DNA of 32,000 nt from Aquifex aeolicus VF5. Lineage in GTDB: Bacteria > Aquificota > Aquificia > Aquificales > Aquificaceae. The position numbers and the translations under genes are program-made. Below, piece by piece: positions 1 through 10,144 of the stretch. Positions within the stretch are counted from its first letter, which is position 1; every line of letters begins with the position of its first letter. The stretch lies in NCBI RefSeq assembly GCF_000008625.1, contig NC_000918.1, positions 150,001 to 182,000 of the forward strand. Reading direction: 5' to 3'. Below the pieces are notes generated by a model. The model saw only the letters and a program-made list of their open reading frames with translations. It searched no databases and was not told the origin of the DNA.

Positions 1-1
1 A

Positions 2-274
2 ATCTCCGGACTTTCCAAACTCGTGAGAACGGTGAGAGCTTTTGCCCTGAGACCGCAGGTTCAAGAGAGGCTAACCGAAGAGATAGCGGACTTTCTGGAA
101 AAGGAACTAGAACCCAAAGGTGTGGGAGTAGTTATAGAGGCAGAACACCTCTGTATGTCCATGAGAGGGGTTATGTCTCCCGGACACCTCACGGTCACCT
201 CAGCCCTGAGGGGTGTGTTTTTAAAGGACATAAAAACGAGGGAAGAGTTTTTAAAGCTCGTTAAAGGCGTTTAA
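2..274 (+). CDS. folE: GTP cyclohydrolase I (FolE), C-terminal part; N-terminus lies upstream of the window
   Basis: The frame is open to the window edge. The conserved FolE core '...[13 protein letters not shown]...[15 protein letters not shown]...' is present, and the stop is at 272-274. Confidence 0.85.
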   Translation: MSGLSKLVRTVRAFALRPQVQERLTEEIADFLEKELEPKGVGVVIEAEHLCMSMRGVMSPGHLTVTSALRGVFLKDIKTREEFLKLVKGV

Positions 275-1173
275 GGTATTGGAACCCTGCTTATGACTTC
301 CTTTAAGACCGCTTCCGCCTTCACTCCTTCCCTTACCTTTATCCTGTGGGGAATTACGTACTTAAGTAAGTCCAGAACGTCTTCCGGGACGACAAAGTCC
401 CTTTCCCTGAAGTAAGCCAGAGCCCTTGAGGCGTTCGCAAGGTGTATAAGACCCCTCGTGGAAACACCCAGAATAACCGAAGGGTGATTCCTGACCTCGT
501 TTCCTATGTTTACAATAAACCTTGCGACTTCCGGGGAAACGTATATTTCCTTTACTTCGTTTACAGTCCTTATAACTTCTTCGGGGGAACTTAAAACATT
601 TAGAGAACTTACCTTTTCCATGGGGTTTATCCCCTGAACTATCTGAACTTCGTCCTCTTCCGAAGGGTATCCCATACTGATTTTCATAGTAAACCTGTCG
701 AGCTGAGCTTCGGGAAGGGGGTAAGTACCGTAATACTCAATCGGGTTCTGAGTAGCTATGACGAAGAAGGGTTCGGGGAGTTTGTAAGTATTTCCGTCCA
801 CGCTCACCTGTTTTTCCGCCATAGCCTCAAGGAGGGCACTCTGAACCTTCGGCGTTCCCCTGTTTATCTCATCAGCCAGAACTACGTTACTGAAAATAGG
901 CCCCTTTTTGAACTCGAATTCCCTTGTTTTCTGATTGAACACGCTGACTCCGGTTATGTCCGAGGGAAGGAGATCACTCGTGAACTGTATCCTGCTGAAC
1001 GAAAGTCCAAGAACCCTTGCCAGAGCCAGAGCTAATGTTGTCTTACCCGTTCCGGGAACGTCCTCTATAAGGAGGTGTCCGCCCGATAGGAGACAGACGA
1101 GAGAGTTTTTTATAACTTCTTCCTTCCCCTTTATTACTTTCGAGACCTCAGAAATTATGAGGTTTATGTCCAT
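271..1173 (-). CDS. MoxR-family AAA+ ATPase
   Basis: 300 aa with Walker A 'GTGKTT', 'ADEINR', and the length and layout typical of the MoxR/AAA_3 family. Its stop overlaps the folE stop by 4 nt. Confidence 0.85.
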   Translation of the reverse strand: MDINLIISEVSKVIKGKEEVIKNSLVCLLSGGHLLIEDVPGTGKTTLALALARVLGLSFSRIQFTSDLLPSDITGVSVFNQKTREFEFKKGPIFSNVVLADEINRGTPKVQSALLEAMAEKQVSVDGNTYKLPEPFFVIATQNPIEYYGTYPLPEAQLDRFTMKISMGYPSEEDEVQIVQGINPMEKVSSLNVLSSPEEVIRTVNEVKEIYVSPEVARFIVNIGNEVRNHPSVILGVSTRGLIHLANASRALAYFRERDFVVPEDVLDLLKYVIPHRIKVREGVKAEAVLKEVISRVPIP

Positions 1174-1199
1174 TGGTATAATTTTAAAAACAAGGAGGA
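1174..1199 (+). promoter_or_regulatory. Candidate extended -10 promoter and SD for lon
   Basis: TGgTATAAT at 1174-1182, AAGGAGGA at 1192-1199, GTG start at 1206. Called by sequence motif only. Confidence 0.35.
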
Positions 1200-1205
1200 G
1201 AAAAG

Positions 1206-3593
1206 GTGAACGAACTATTTCAAACCCCTCAGGTAGAAGCGGGAATTAAAGAATACCCCTTAATGCCTTTAAGGGACATAGTTATCTTCCCCACAATGGT
1301 TCAGCCTCTCTTTGTAGGAAGGCGTTTCTCAATAAGAGCTATTGAGGAGGCGAACAAAAAGGACAAACTTATATTCTTAGTTCTTCAAAAGGACAAAGAT
1401 GTAGAAGAACCTAAGGAAGAGGACATATACAAAGTCGGTGTGGTTGCCTACATATTAAGAACAGTTCCCATAGAGGACGCAAGAGTAAAGGTTCTCGTTC
1501 AGGGATTAAAGAGAGGGGTTATAAAGAAGCTCGAGTGGAAAGAAGACCACTACGTAGCCCAGGTAGACGTTATAGAGGAAAGGGACATCCCGCCCGAAAG
1601 CCAAACGATAGAGGACAAAGCCCTCATAAAGGCCGTAAAGGAATCCATAGACAAACTCGTCAGCCTTGGAAAACAGATAATTCCCGACCTCGTAGTTCTC
1701 ATAAAGGAACTCGAAGAACCCGGAAAGCTCGCGGATATGGTAGCCTCCATCCTTGATATAAAATCCTCACAGGCTCAGGAGATACTGGAAACTTTCGACC
1801 CCAGAGAAAGACTTAAGAAGGTTTACAAATTCCTACAGGACGAAATAGGACTCCTAGAAGTAAAACAAAGGATAAGCGAGATAGCAAGGGAGAGAATGGA
1901 AAAGGAACAGAGGGAGTACTACCTCAGACAGCAACTCAAAGCCATACAGGAGGAACTCGGAGAAGCAGGCGGAATAAAGGCTGAAATAGAGGAGTACACA
2001 AAGAAGTTTGAAGAAGTCAAAGAGTGTATGCCTGAAGAAGGGGTAAAGGAAGTAGAAAAGAACATAAAGAGACTAGAGAGACTGCACCCCGAGTCCGCGG
2101 AAGCTGGAGTTATAAGAACGTGGCTCGACTGGGTTCTGGACCTTCCCTGGTGTACGAGGACTGAGGACAATTACGACCTTGAAAGGGCAAGGGAAATTTT
2201 AGACAGAGATCACTACGACCTTGAAAAGGTAAAGGACAGGATAATAGAGTACCTCGCCATAAGGAAGTTAACTCAAGGTAAAGAAGCCCCAACTCAGATA
2301 CTTGCCTTTGTAGGACCTCCGGGTGTAGGTAAGACTTCCCTAGGACGCTCAATAGCGGAGGCCCTCGGAAGGAAGTTCGTAAGGATAGCTTTGGGAGGTA
2401 TAAGGGACGAGGCGGAAATCAGGGGACACAGGAGAACTTACGTCGGGGCAATGCCCGGAAGGATTATTCAAGCCATAAAACAGGCCGGAACGAAAAACCC
2501 TGTAATAATGCTGGATGAGATAGACAAGCTCGCCATATCCTTCCAGGGAGACCCCGCGGCTGCACTCCTCGAAGTCCTTGATCCGGAGCAAAATAAGAAG
2601 TTCACGGACCTCTACATAGGGATTCCCTTTGACCTCTCAGAAGTGATATTCATTTGTACGGGAAACAGGGCGGATACTATTCCCACACCGCTCCTCGACA
2701 GGATGGAACTCATAATGCTTTCAGGATACTCCGAAGAGGAGAAACTCTTCATAGCAAAGAAACACTTGATTCCCAAGTTAATTCCCCTCCACGGCTTTAG
2801 CCCGGAAGAGATCGAGTTTACGGACGAGGCTATTCTGGAGATAATAAGGGGCTACACGAGAGAGGCGGGAGTGAGAAACCTTCAAAGGCAGATTTCCGCA
2901 GTCCTGAGAAAAATAGCTGTAAAGAAACTACAGGGTGAGAAAGGTCCGTTTAATATAACCCCTGAGCTCGTCAGAAAACTCCTCGGAGTTCCGAGGTACA
3001 GACCTGAAAGGGAAAAGAAACCTCTCGTTGGGGTTGCCACAGGACTCGCATGGACCGAAGTAGGCGGAGAGATAATGTTCATAGAAGCCACGAAGATGAA
3101 GGGGAAAGGCTCGCTTGTTCTCACAGGTTCACTGGGAGACATAATGAAAGAAAGTGCTCAGGCAGCTCTCTCTTACATCCGCTCAAAGGCGGAAGACTAC
3201 GGCATAGATCCGGATATATTCTCACAGGTTGACGTTCACGTGCACGTTCCCGAGGGAGCGGTTCCGAAGGACGGACCATCCGCGGGTGTTGCGATAGCGA
3301 CCGCACTCCTATCTCTGTTTACGGACATTCCCGTGAGGATGGACGTTGCCATGACGGGAGAAATTACCTTAAGGGGAAGAGTGCTCCCCGTAGGTGGTCT
3401 GAAGGAAAAGATACTCGCGGCAAAGAGAGCGGAAATCTACGAGGTAATCCTGCCCGCTAAAAACAAAGACGAGGTTATGGAAGAACTCCCAGAGTACGTA
3501 AGGGAAAAGATGACTCTACACTTTGTAGATAACTTAGAAGAAGTGTTCAAGATAGCATTAGTGAGAGAGCCAAAGCCCCTCAAAGAGGCGTGA
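1206..3593 (+). CDS. lon: ATP-dependent Lon protease (LonA type)
   Basis: 795 aa with an N-terminal LON domain, Walker A 'GPPGVGKTS', and the catalytic serine context 'PKDGPSAG' followed by the conserved Lys region. GTG start preceded by an SD. Confidence 0.95.
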   Translation: MNELFQTPQVEAGIKEYPLMPLRDIVIFPTMVQPLFVGRRFSIRAIEEANKKDKLIFLVLQKDKDVEEPKEEDIYKVGVVAYILRTVPIEDARVKVLVQGLKRGVIKKLEWKEDHYVAQVDVIEERDIPPESQTIEDKALIKAVKESIDKLVSLGKQIIPDLVVLIKELEEPGKLADMVASILDIKSSQAQEILETFDPRERLKKVYKFLQDEIGLLEVKQRISEIARERMEKEQREYYLRQQLKAIQEELGEAGGIKAEIEEYTKKFEEVKECMPEEGVKEVEKNIKRLERLHPESAEAGVIRTWLDWVLDLPWCTRTEDNYDLERAREILDRDHYDLEKVKDRIIEYLAIRKLTQGKEAPTQILAFVGPPGVGKTSLGRSIAEALGRKFVRIALGGIRDEAEIRGHRRTYVGAMPGRIIQAIKQAGTKNPVIMLDEIDKLAISFQGDPAAALLEVLDPEQNKKFTDLYIGIPFDLSEVIFICTGNRADTIPTPLLDRMELIMLSGYSEEEKLFIAKKHLIPKLIPLHGFSPEEIEFTDEAILEIIRGYTREAGVRNLQRQISAVLRKIAVKKLQGEKGPFNITPELVRKLLGVPRYRPEREKKPLVGVATGLAWTEVGGEIMFIEATKMKGKGSLVLTGSLGDIMKESAQAALSYIRSKAEDYGIDPDIFSQVDVHVHVPEGAVPKDGPSAGVAIATALLSLFTDIPVRMDVAMTGEITLRGRVLPVGGLKEKILAAKRAEIYEVILPAKNKDEVMEELPEYVREKMTLHFVDNLEEVFKIALVREPKPLKEA

Positions 3594-5067
3594 TCTCTAT
3601 AAGGTAAACCTCTCCCCTGTTCTGTATGGGGATCGTTCCCTTGCTCCCCGTTATTACAAATATCCTTCCTTCGCTATCCCTTACTATAGCCTGAATGGCT
3701 TCTTCAAACTTTCTTCCTTTGAGTTTAATCGCCTCGTAAACCTTTTCCTTTTTCCTTACAACGGTCCAGAGTTCCCCTTCCGTAAACTTTGTAAAGCCCA
3801 CAAGCTGGAATATGTTACTCGCCCTGTTTTTTGCTATTAGAGGTAAAACGTCCTTGTAAACTTTTGTGAAGTTCGGTCTAACGTAGAAGCCGTACTTGTC
3901 TCCTTCCGCATACTCGTAAACTCCGGGAACCTCCGCGGTTGTGTAGGAAAGTCCGAACCCGTCCTCCGTTAAAACCTCCTCATCGTTTACGTAAACCCTG
4001 AGCTGTCCGTCGTTGTCCACAAAAACGAGAACGTTGTTCCAGGCATTCGCACCGTCTACTCTAAAGTCTTCAGGAAGATTAAGGGCGTCTTTCCTTACAA
4101 GTTTATCACCTCGGAGCTCAAACCTGTAAACCTTTCCCCAGCTTCCTTTAAACTCCTGCCCTATGAGAACTTTCTTTCCGTTTTGATAGAAAAATCCAAA
4201 GAGGTATGGAACGTTTTTATCGGTAAGCATTAGGGAGTTTCCTACGGGACTAAGAACGGCGGAACTCGCCTCCCCGTTCGATATCATGTTTACGAGAACG
4301 GCAGACCTTCCTTTATTTTCGTAGCACACAACACCAACAGGATAACCTGTAGGAATGGCGTAAGATAGTACTTCAACAAAGTCGGTTTTTAGTACTTCGT
4401 AAACTTTTACTTTGTCGGAAAAGAGAACTACAAGGTAATCTTTCTTTCCGAAGAGTTTACAGATATCCGCAGATAGCGGAAGGCTCTCCAGACTTCTCAC
4501 AAACTTAGCCTTTAGGGCAAAGTCTTCAAAAACACCACCTCTTTTTGCAAAGCCCACACCGGAGTACTGGAAGAATGCAAGAGGTTTTCCTTTGTAAGAA
4601 ACACCGTAACCGTTTTCAAGTTCCTTTACCACGTAATCGCAGTTTTCAGAGTTCCTTTTTACATTTTGAACTACTTGACTGAGGGCGTAATACCCTTCGT
4701 CTCCTCCAATATAACACACACTACCAATTTTTAGCTTTACCCTATCACCGGGCTTTATTCCGTTGTTTTCTAAGGTTTTTGCCTCCGAAAAATTCTCTCT
4801 CGGCTTTATAACCTCTACTTCTCCTACCTTTTCTTCCTTGTATCCGAGAACTTTTTTCGTAACGGGGTGAATTATGGGCTTTTTACTCTGGAAAACTTCA
4901 AAGATCTCTCCGGGAAAGGCTTTTCCCCTCGGAAGGTCTATCAATACTTTTTCCCCTTCCTTTTCAACCACGTATCCGCTTCTCTGAAAGAATTCCAGAA
5001 GTTCTTTTGGAACTTGAGCAAAGAGAAAGGTACTTAAAAACAATATTAATAGACTAAGTGTACGCAT
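3580..5067 (-). CDS. Hypothetical secreted protein (cleavable N-terminal signal peptide)
   Basis: 495 aa. The N-terminus '[18 protein letters not shown]' looks like a signal peptide. No family recognised, though there are weak FG-GAP/beta-propeller-like '[10 protein letters not shown]' stretches. Its start overlaps the leuB stop by 14 nt, so it is probably co-transcribed with leuB. Confidence 0.6.
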   Translation of the reverse strand: MRTLSLLILFLSTFLFAQVPKELLEFFQRSGYVVEKEGEKVLIDLPRGKAFPGEIFEVFQSKKPIIHPVTKKVLGYKEEKVGEVEVIKPRENFSEAKTLENNGIKPGDRVKLKIGSVCYIGGDEGYYALSQVVQNVKRNSENCDYVVKELENGYGVSYKGKPLAFFQYSGVGFAKRGGVFEDFALKAKFVRSLESLPLSADICKLFGKKDYLVVLFSDKVKVYEVLKTDFVEVLSYAIPTGYPVGVVCYENKGRSAVLVNMISNGEASSAVLSPVGNSLMLTDKNVPYLFGFFYQNGKKVLIGQEFKGSWGKVYRFELRGDKLVRKDALNLPEDFRVDGANAWNNVLVFVDNDGQLRVYVNDEEVLTEDGFGLSYTTAEVPGVYEYAEGDKYGFYVRPNFTKVYKDVLPLIAKNRASNIFQLVGFTKFTEGELWTVVRKKEKVYEAIKLKGRKFEEAIQAIVRDSEGRIFVITGSKGTIPIQNRGEVYLIEITPL

Positions 5068-6148
5068 CTTTTAACCTCTCTAAGTTTTCTAAAATCTTGT
5101 CAGTTATTTCCTTCGTGCCGACTTTTATGCAACCCTCAGAGTATATATCCGGCGTTCTGTAGCCCTGATTTAGTGTTTCCTCTATTGCCTTCTCTATCAG
5201 GTCGTGGGCCTTGTCCATGTTAAAGGAGTACTTGAGCATCATGGCGGCGGAAAGTATAGTGGCTATCGGATTTGCTATACCTTTACCCGCTATGTCGGGA
5301 GCAGAGCCGTGAACCGGCTCGTAAAGTGCGTACCTGTCCCCTATGCTCGCAGAAGGAAGCATTCCGAGGCTTCCCACAACAACTCCCGCTTCGTCGGATA
5401 GGATATCACCGAAGATATTTCCCGTGACTATAACGTCAAAGCTTGTTGGTCTCCTTACGAGTTGCATAGCACAGTTGTCAATGTAGAGGTGTTCCAGTTC
5501 AACGTCCGGGTAGTTTTCTTTTTCTTCCTCTACAATCTGTCTCCAAAGGGCACTTACTTCAAGGACGTTTGCCTTATCCACGCTCGTTAACTTCTTTCTC
5601 CTTTTCCTTGCAATTTCAAATCCTTTTCTAACTATCCTCCTTATTTCGTCTTCTGTGTACTTCATAGTGTTTATCGCGTACCTCTTTCCGTTTTCTTCAA
5701 AAATCCCCCTCGGCTCTCCATAGTATATTCCAGAGGTAAGTTCCCTTATAACGATCATGTCCGTTCCTTTTACGACTTCTTCTTTTAAAGGAGAAGAGGA
5801 TATCAGTGCGTCCCAGACTTTTGCAGGTCTGAGATTTGCGTAAAGGTCGAGTTCCTTTCTAATCCTTAAAAGTCCCTTCTCCGGTCTTTTATCGGTAGGA
5901 AGGTTGTCCCACTTCGGTCCCCCGACTGCACCAAGGAGTATAGCGTCCGATTCTTTGCATATCTTCAGAGTTTCTTCGGGAAGAGGATCTCCCGTTTTGT
6001 CTATCGCCTCACCGCCTATTAGCCCCTCTCTATACTCAAACTCAACGCCGTAAATCTCACCTATTTTGTCAAGAACTCTGAGGGCTTGTTCCACTATTTC
6101 TGGACCTATCCCGTCTCCTTTGAGTACTGCTATCTTGTATTTTTTCAT
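5054..6148 (-). CDS. leuB: 3-isopropylmalate dehydrogenase
   Basis: 364 aa. N-terminus '[15 protein letters not shown]', 'NLRPAK', and '[14 protein letters not shown]', typical of LeuB-type beta-decarboxylating dehydrogenases. Confidence 0.9.
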   Translation of the reverse strand: MKKYKIAVLKGDGIGPEIVEQALRVLDKIGEIYGVEFEYREGLIGGEAIDKTGDPLPEETLKICKESDAILLGAVGGPKWDNLPTDKRPEKGLLRIRKELDLYANLRPAKVWDALISSSPLKEEVVKGTDMIVIRELTSGIYYGEPRGIFEENGKRYAINTMKYTEDEIRRIVRKGFEIARKRRKKLTSVDKANVLEVSALWRQIVEEEKENYPDVELEHLYIDNCAMQLVRRPTSFDVIVTGNIFGDILSDEAGVVVGSLGMLPSASIGDRYALYEPVHGSAPDIAGKGIANPIATILSAAMMLKYSFNMDKAHDLIEKAIEETLNQGYRTPDIYSEGCIKVGTKEITDKILENLERLKDAYT

Positions 6149-6459
6149 ATGATGTATTTTAGCAATAAAAACTTAGACGAATTTATTATAATTATGTTTA
6201 AGGGCTACAAAGCCCCTCCTGGCTCCTTGGCAATTGAATATGGTTTATGGGTCTCAATGAGTGATGCTTTGATGACGTGATGAAATGAAATCATGATGCA
6301 ATAGGGCTGAAGGGATTGAAAATCAAGGGTAAAAATTTTATAAAGGTATACTCAAGTTTGCAGAACCTCAGGTTAGCGGAAATTAACGTTCGTTTCGTGA
6401 GGGTCAGAAGTTTAATAAGTTATTGATAAAGCGTTATTTTTTAGACACAGGCGTGCAGG

Positions 6460-6766
6460 GTTCCTAATGTACCGTGTGGAGTTGAAACCCAGTCAGATTG
6501 AAGTTATCGTCAACTTCAAAATACGGTTCCTAATGTACCGTGTGGAGTTGAAACCTTGCTTTATCAGAGAATAGTATTCTTTCTATGTCTTCATAGTTTG
6601 TTCCTAATGTACCGTGTGGAGTTGAAACCTCTTGATAGTATCTGTTTTCCGCGTATTCCACGATTCTTTTGTTCCTAATGTACCGTAGTGGAGTTGAAAC
6701 TTCGGTGATAAAGGAGCATTTTTCACAAAAGAAATCAGTTTCTAATGTACCGTGTGGATAAAAATG
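6460..6766 (+). CRISPR. Small CRISPR array: 4 intact repeats plus 1 degenerate terminal repeat, 4 spacers
   Basis: The 29-nt repeat GTTCCTAATGTACCGTGTGGAGTTGAAAC occurs at 6460-6488, 6526-6554 and 6600-6628. A 30-nt copy with a 1-nt insertion (..CCGTaGTGG..) is at 6671-6700. A degenerate copy GTTtCTAATGTACCGTGTGGAtaaaaatg is at 6738-6766. Spacers are 37, 45, 42 and 37 nt. The repeat ends in GTTGAAAC and the degenerate repeat is at the right end, which suggests + strand transcription from an AT-rich leader at about 6290-6459. Confidence 0.9.
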
Positions 6767-6793
6767 ATTATTTGTGTTTAAAATTCTTTAGAA

Positions 6794-7891
6794 ATGCTTA
6801 CCGTGGGTATCCTCGGAGGTGGACAGCTCGGATGGATGACTATACTGGAAGGGAGAAAACTCGGGTTTAAATTTCACGTCCTTGAAGACAAAGAAAACGC
6901 TCCTGCCTGCAGGGTTGCTGACAGGTGTTTCAGAACAGGACAAATAAGTGAATTCGTAGACTCCTGTGACATTATTACTTACGAATTTGAACACATTAAA
7001 GATGAAGTTTTGGAAAAGTGCGAGAGTAAATTAATTCCCAACCCTCAAGCTCTTTACGTTAAAAAAAGCAGAATCAGGGAAAAGCTTTTTCTGAAAAAGC
7101 ACGGTTTTCCCGTGCCGGAGTTTTTAGTAATCAAAAGGGACGAGATAATAGATGCTTTAAAGAGTTTTAAACTTCCTGTGGTGATAAAGGCGGAAAAGCT
7201 TGGCTACGACGGAAAAGGACAGTACAGGATAAAAAAACTCGAGGATGCAAACCAGGTTGTCAAAAACCACGACAAAGAAGAAAGTTTCATAATTGAGGAA
7301 TTCGTAAAGTTTGAAGCGGAAATTTCCTGTATAGGTGTAAGGGACAGGGAAGGTAAAACGTACTTTTACCCTCAGCCATTCAATAAACACGAAGAGGGTA
7401 TACTTATTTACAACTACGTGCCCTATGCAAAGTTAAAAGAAGCTGAAGAAATAACTAAGAGGCTAATGGAGCTTTTAGATATAGTGGGTGTGTTCACGGT
7501 TGAATTTTTCCTGCTAAAAGACGGGAGAGTTTTAATAAACGAATTTGCTCCGAGGGTTCACAACACGGGACACTGGACCTTGGATGGAGCGTACACCTCC
7601 CAGTTTGAAAACCTCCTTAGGGCTATAACGGAAATGCCTCTTGGTTCTACGGAGTTAAAACTACCGAGCGGTATGGTGAATATACTCGGGAAATCTTATG
7701 AGGAAATCCCTCTGAAAGAAATCCTTTCCGTTGAAGGTGCAAAACTATACTGGTATGGCAAAGAGAAGAAACCAAGAAGGAAGGTAGGACACGTTAACGT
7801 GGTGGGAAGGTCAAAGGAAGAAGTAGTTGAAAAAGTAGAAAGAGTCTTCACACTTCTCAAAGGCTCAAGAGAAAAACTCCCAGCACCATGA
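6794..7891 (+). CDS. purK: N5-carboxyaminoimidazole ribonucleotide synthase (ATP-grasp)
   Basis: 365 aa. 'VGILGGGQLGWM' N-terminus, ATP-grasp core, and 'NEFAPRVHNTGHWT', typical of PurK. Confidence 0.9.
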   Translation: MLTVGILGGGQLGWMTILEGRKLGFKFHVLEDKENAPACRVADRCFRTGQISEFVDSCDIITYEFEHIKDEVLEKCESKLIPNPQALYVKKSRIREKLFLKKHGFPVPEFLVIKRDEIIDALKSFKLPVVIKAEKLGYDGKGQYRIKKLEDANQVVKNHDKEESFIIEEFVKFEAEISCIGVRDREGKTYFYPQPFNKHEEGILIYNYVPYAKLKEAEEITKRLMELLDIVGVFTVEFFLLKDGRVLINEFAPRVHNTGHWTLDGAYTSQFENLLRAITEMPLGSTELKLPSGMVNILGKSYEEIPLKEILSVEGAKLYWYGKEKKPRRKVGHVNVVGRSKEEVVEKVERVFTLLKGSREKLPAP

Positions 7892-8696
7892 TTATACTCG
7901 CCTTAAAAGCGTTCTTAACTTTTTCGCCGAAGAAGACCTTTCCGTAAAGGACGTCAAGGAGTATGGCCAGCCTTTCGGTGGCGGCAACAAATGAAGCGTA
8001 AGTGTAAATGTACGCCCACGTGTAGAATACCATCCCAAGGGAAAAGAACAGCCCTACAATTCCGAAGAACTTCCAGTCCGAAGAGAAGTCTTTAACCTCA
8101 AATCTCTTCACGAAAGGGATTAGAGCCAAGCTCATGACGAGGCAGTAATACCACGAAAAGAAAAACTGGTTACTGCTGACAACTGCAATTTTCCCTATTA
8201 CGACGTTCACGCCGAATAAGAAGGAAGAAAACAGGGCGTAAAGGACCCCTTTATTTAAGGTAAAGAAACTTTTAATGTTCTTTCCTGCGAGTAGTGTGGT
8301 TCCGTAAACTATGAGCAGTATTCCGAGCCAGTTTCTTAAGGAAAGAACTTCTCCTAAAACTATCCAGCCTGCGAGGGCGGAAAAAGCGGGCATTGTGGCG
8401 TAAAAAGGCATCGCAAGGGATAGGGGTGCGTACTTTAAAGACTTTATGAAGAAAATAGAGGCTAAAATTTCCGAGGGAAGCCATAAAAAAGTGGTTTTAA
8501 TCACGGTTTCGTTCAAATCCCAGTAAACTAAACCGAAAGGCAACAGCAGCAAAGCCCCGAGGGGAAATCTTATCCAGAGGACGAAGTTCTCTTCATAGCC
8601 TTTCAGAATGAGTTTTTTATTAAAAATGTCGTTGGTGGCCCAGAAGAAGGCAGAAAACAGAGAAAAGGTTATACCGAGTAGGTGATTGTATTCCAT
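7857..8696 (-). CDS. EamA/DMT-family transporter (about 10 TM segments)
   Basis: 279 aa, hydrophobic throughout, with two EamA-like halves. The start forms a TAATG overlap with the gatA stop. Confidence 0.75.
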   Translation of the reverse strand: MEYNHLLGITFSLFSAFFWATNDIFNKKLILKGYEENFVLWIRFPLGALLLLPFGLVYWDLNETVIKTTFLWLPSEILASIFFIKSLKYAPLSLAMPFYATMPAFSALAGWIVLGEVLSLRNWLGILLIVYGTTLLAGKNIKSFFTLNKGVLYALFSSFLFGVNVVIGKIAVVSSNQFFFSWYYCLVMSLALIPFVKRFEVKDFSSDWKFFGIVGLFFSLGMVFYTWAYIYTYASFVAATERLAILLDVLYGKVFFGEKVKNAFKASIIMVLGVFLLSL

Positions 8697-10132
8697 TAAG
8701 TGAGAGGTATTTTTTCGTAGTGTTTAAACTTCTGTTCCCATAAGTAGGAAATCTGAAGCAGGGTAGTTTCGTCCCAGTGCTTTCCTATGAGCTGCCCGCC
8801 TACGGGAAGCCCGTCTTTCCATGCTATCGGTATGGATATAGCGGGTAGTCCTGCGAGGTTTGCGGGAACGGTAAGTATGTCCGAGAGATACATCTCTATG
8901 GGGTTTTCAAGTCTTTCACCGAACTTGAAAGGTAGCGTCGGCGTAGTGGGGGAAGCTATAACGTCAACTTCCTCAAACGCCTTTAAGAAGTCATTCGTTA
9001 TAAGTCTTCTAACTTTCTGAGCTTTGAGGTAGTAAGCGTCGTAGTATCCCGCTGAAAGGGCAAAGGTACCGAGCATTATCCTCCTCTTTACCTCAGGTCC
9101 AAAGCCTTCGTCCCTCGTCCTTGCGTACATCTCAAATATGTCTTTGTACTCCTTAGCCCTGTATCCGTATCTAACTCCGTCGTATCTTGCGAGGTTTGAA
9201 GAAGCTTCAGAAGGAGCTATTATGTAGTAGGTGGGTATAGAGTACTTAACGTGGGGAAGGGAAACTTCCTTTATTTCAAAGCCTTCTTTCTCAAGCTCCT
9301 TTATAAAGTTTTCAAAGGCTTCTTTTACCTGAGGCTGGAGCTCGTACTCAAAGAATTCCTTTGGAAGACCTATTTTCAGACCTTTTACTTCCTTCTTTAC
9401 CTCTTCGCTCCACTCGGGAACGGGGACTTTTGCGCTTGTGCTGTCCTTTTCGTCCCAACCGCTTATTACCTCAAGCACGAGGGCTACGTCTTCCGTTCTC
9501 CTTCCGAACACTCCTATCTGGTCAAGGGAGCTTGCAAACGCCACGAGCCCGTACCTTGAAACTCTCCCGTAAGTCGGCTTTATACCTATGACTCCGCAAA
9601 AAGAGGCAGGCTGTCTAATGGAACCTCCCGTATCCGAGCCGAGGGACACCGGAGCAGACAGAACCGCAACGCTTGCCGCAGAACCTCCCGAAGAACCTCC
9701 CGGAACTCTTTCTAAATCCCAAGGGTTTTTAGTGGGAAAGAAGGCGGAGTACTCCGTAGAGGAGCCCATGGCAAATTCGTCAAGGTTAGTCTTTCCTACA
9801 ATAAGGGCTCCTGCTTTTTTAAGTCTCTCTATTACGGTCGCATCATAGGGAGCTACAAAGTTCTCTAGTATCTTGGAAGCACAAGTCGTTTTCTCTCCTT
9901 CAACGAGTATGTTGTCCTTTACCGCAATTGGAATACCAAATAGGGGGAGCTCCCTTTCTTTTAAGCTTTCCGCCTGCTTTAAAGCTTTTCCGTAGAGGGG
10001 TGTTATATAAGCCTTTACCTTTTCTTCCGTTTGGTTGTATCTATCGTAAAAACTCTCTACTACTTCCTTCGGAGAAACTTCTCCTCTTTTCAGGAGCTCC
10101 CTCAGTTCACTCAGGGACTTTTTCCAGAGCAT
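8696..10132 (-). CDS. gatA: Glutamyl-tRNA(Gln) amidotransferase subunit A
   Basis: 478 aa with the amidase signature 'GGSSGGSAASVA' and 'GSDTGGSIRQPA'. Confidence 0.95.
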   Translation of the reverse strand: MLWKKSLSELRELLKRGEVSPKEVVESFYDRYNQTEEKVKAYITPLYGKALKQAESLKERELPLFGIPIAVKDNILVEGEKTTCASKILENFVAPYDATVIERLKKAGALIVGKTNLDEFAMGSSTEYSAFFPTKNPWDLERVPGGSSGGSAASVAVLSAPVSLGSDTGGSIRQPASFCGVIGIKPTYGRVSRYGLVAFASSLDQIGVFGRRTEDVALVLEVISGWDEKDSTSAKVPVPEWSEEVKKEVKGLKIGLPKEFFEYELQPQVKEAFENFIKELEKEGFEIKEVSLPHVKYSIPTYYIIAPSEASSNLARYDGVRYGYRAKEYKDIFEMYARTRDEGFGPEVKRRIMLGTFALSAGYYDAYYLKAQKVRRLITNDFLKAFEEVDVIASPTTPTLPFKFGERLENPIEMYLSDILTVPANLAGLPAISIPIAWKDGLPVGGQLIGKHWDETTLLQISYLWEQKFKHYEKIPLT

Positions 10133-10144
10133 AGGAGTATTCTA

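Noticed and set aside
935-3306. Numerous 60-104-aa ORFs antisense to or out of frame within moxR and lon (e.g. 935-1249, 1535-1756, 1919-2170, 2882-3142)
   Set aside because: They lie entirely inside strongly supported conserved genes, and their R/S/P-rich compositions are typical of off-frame translation.
6086-6280. 64-aa + strand ORF spanning the leuB start and the upstream region
   Set aside because: It overlaps the leuB N-terminus in antisense, has no SD, and has low-complexity hydrophobic and aromatic content.
6255-6312. Cluster of four TGATG(A) motifs (6262, 6270, 6278, 6294) followed by CTGA (6306-6309), superficially like C/D-box (k-turn) sRNA elements
   Set aside because: The spacing is too short for a C-D'-C'-D arrangement. 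There is only one D-like box and no terminal stem, and C/D sRNAs are archaeal. It is most likely chance sequence in the AT-rich leuB-upstream or CRISPR-leader region. Small-RNA sequencing would settle it.
6310-6330. 'GGGATTGAAAATC' upstream of the array, resembling the repeat 3' end (GGAGTTGAAAC) as a possible relic repeat
   Set aside because: Only about 10 of 16 positions match, and the rest of the repeat is not recognisable. This is not distinguishable from chance.
6361-6400. Odd-length palindrome AACCTCAGGTT and the nearby AACGTT in the CRISPR leader, as a possible regulator site or small structured RNA
   Set aside because: These are short, isolated elements with no supporting repeat or covariation that I can evaluate. 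I found no convincing long-range pairing by eye.
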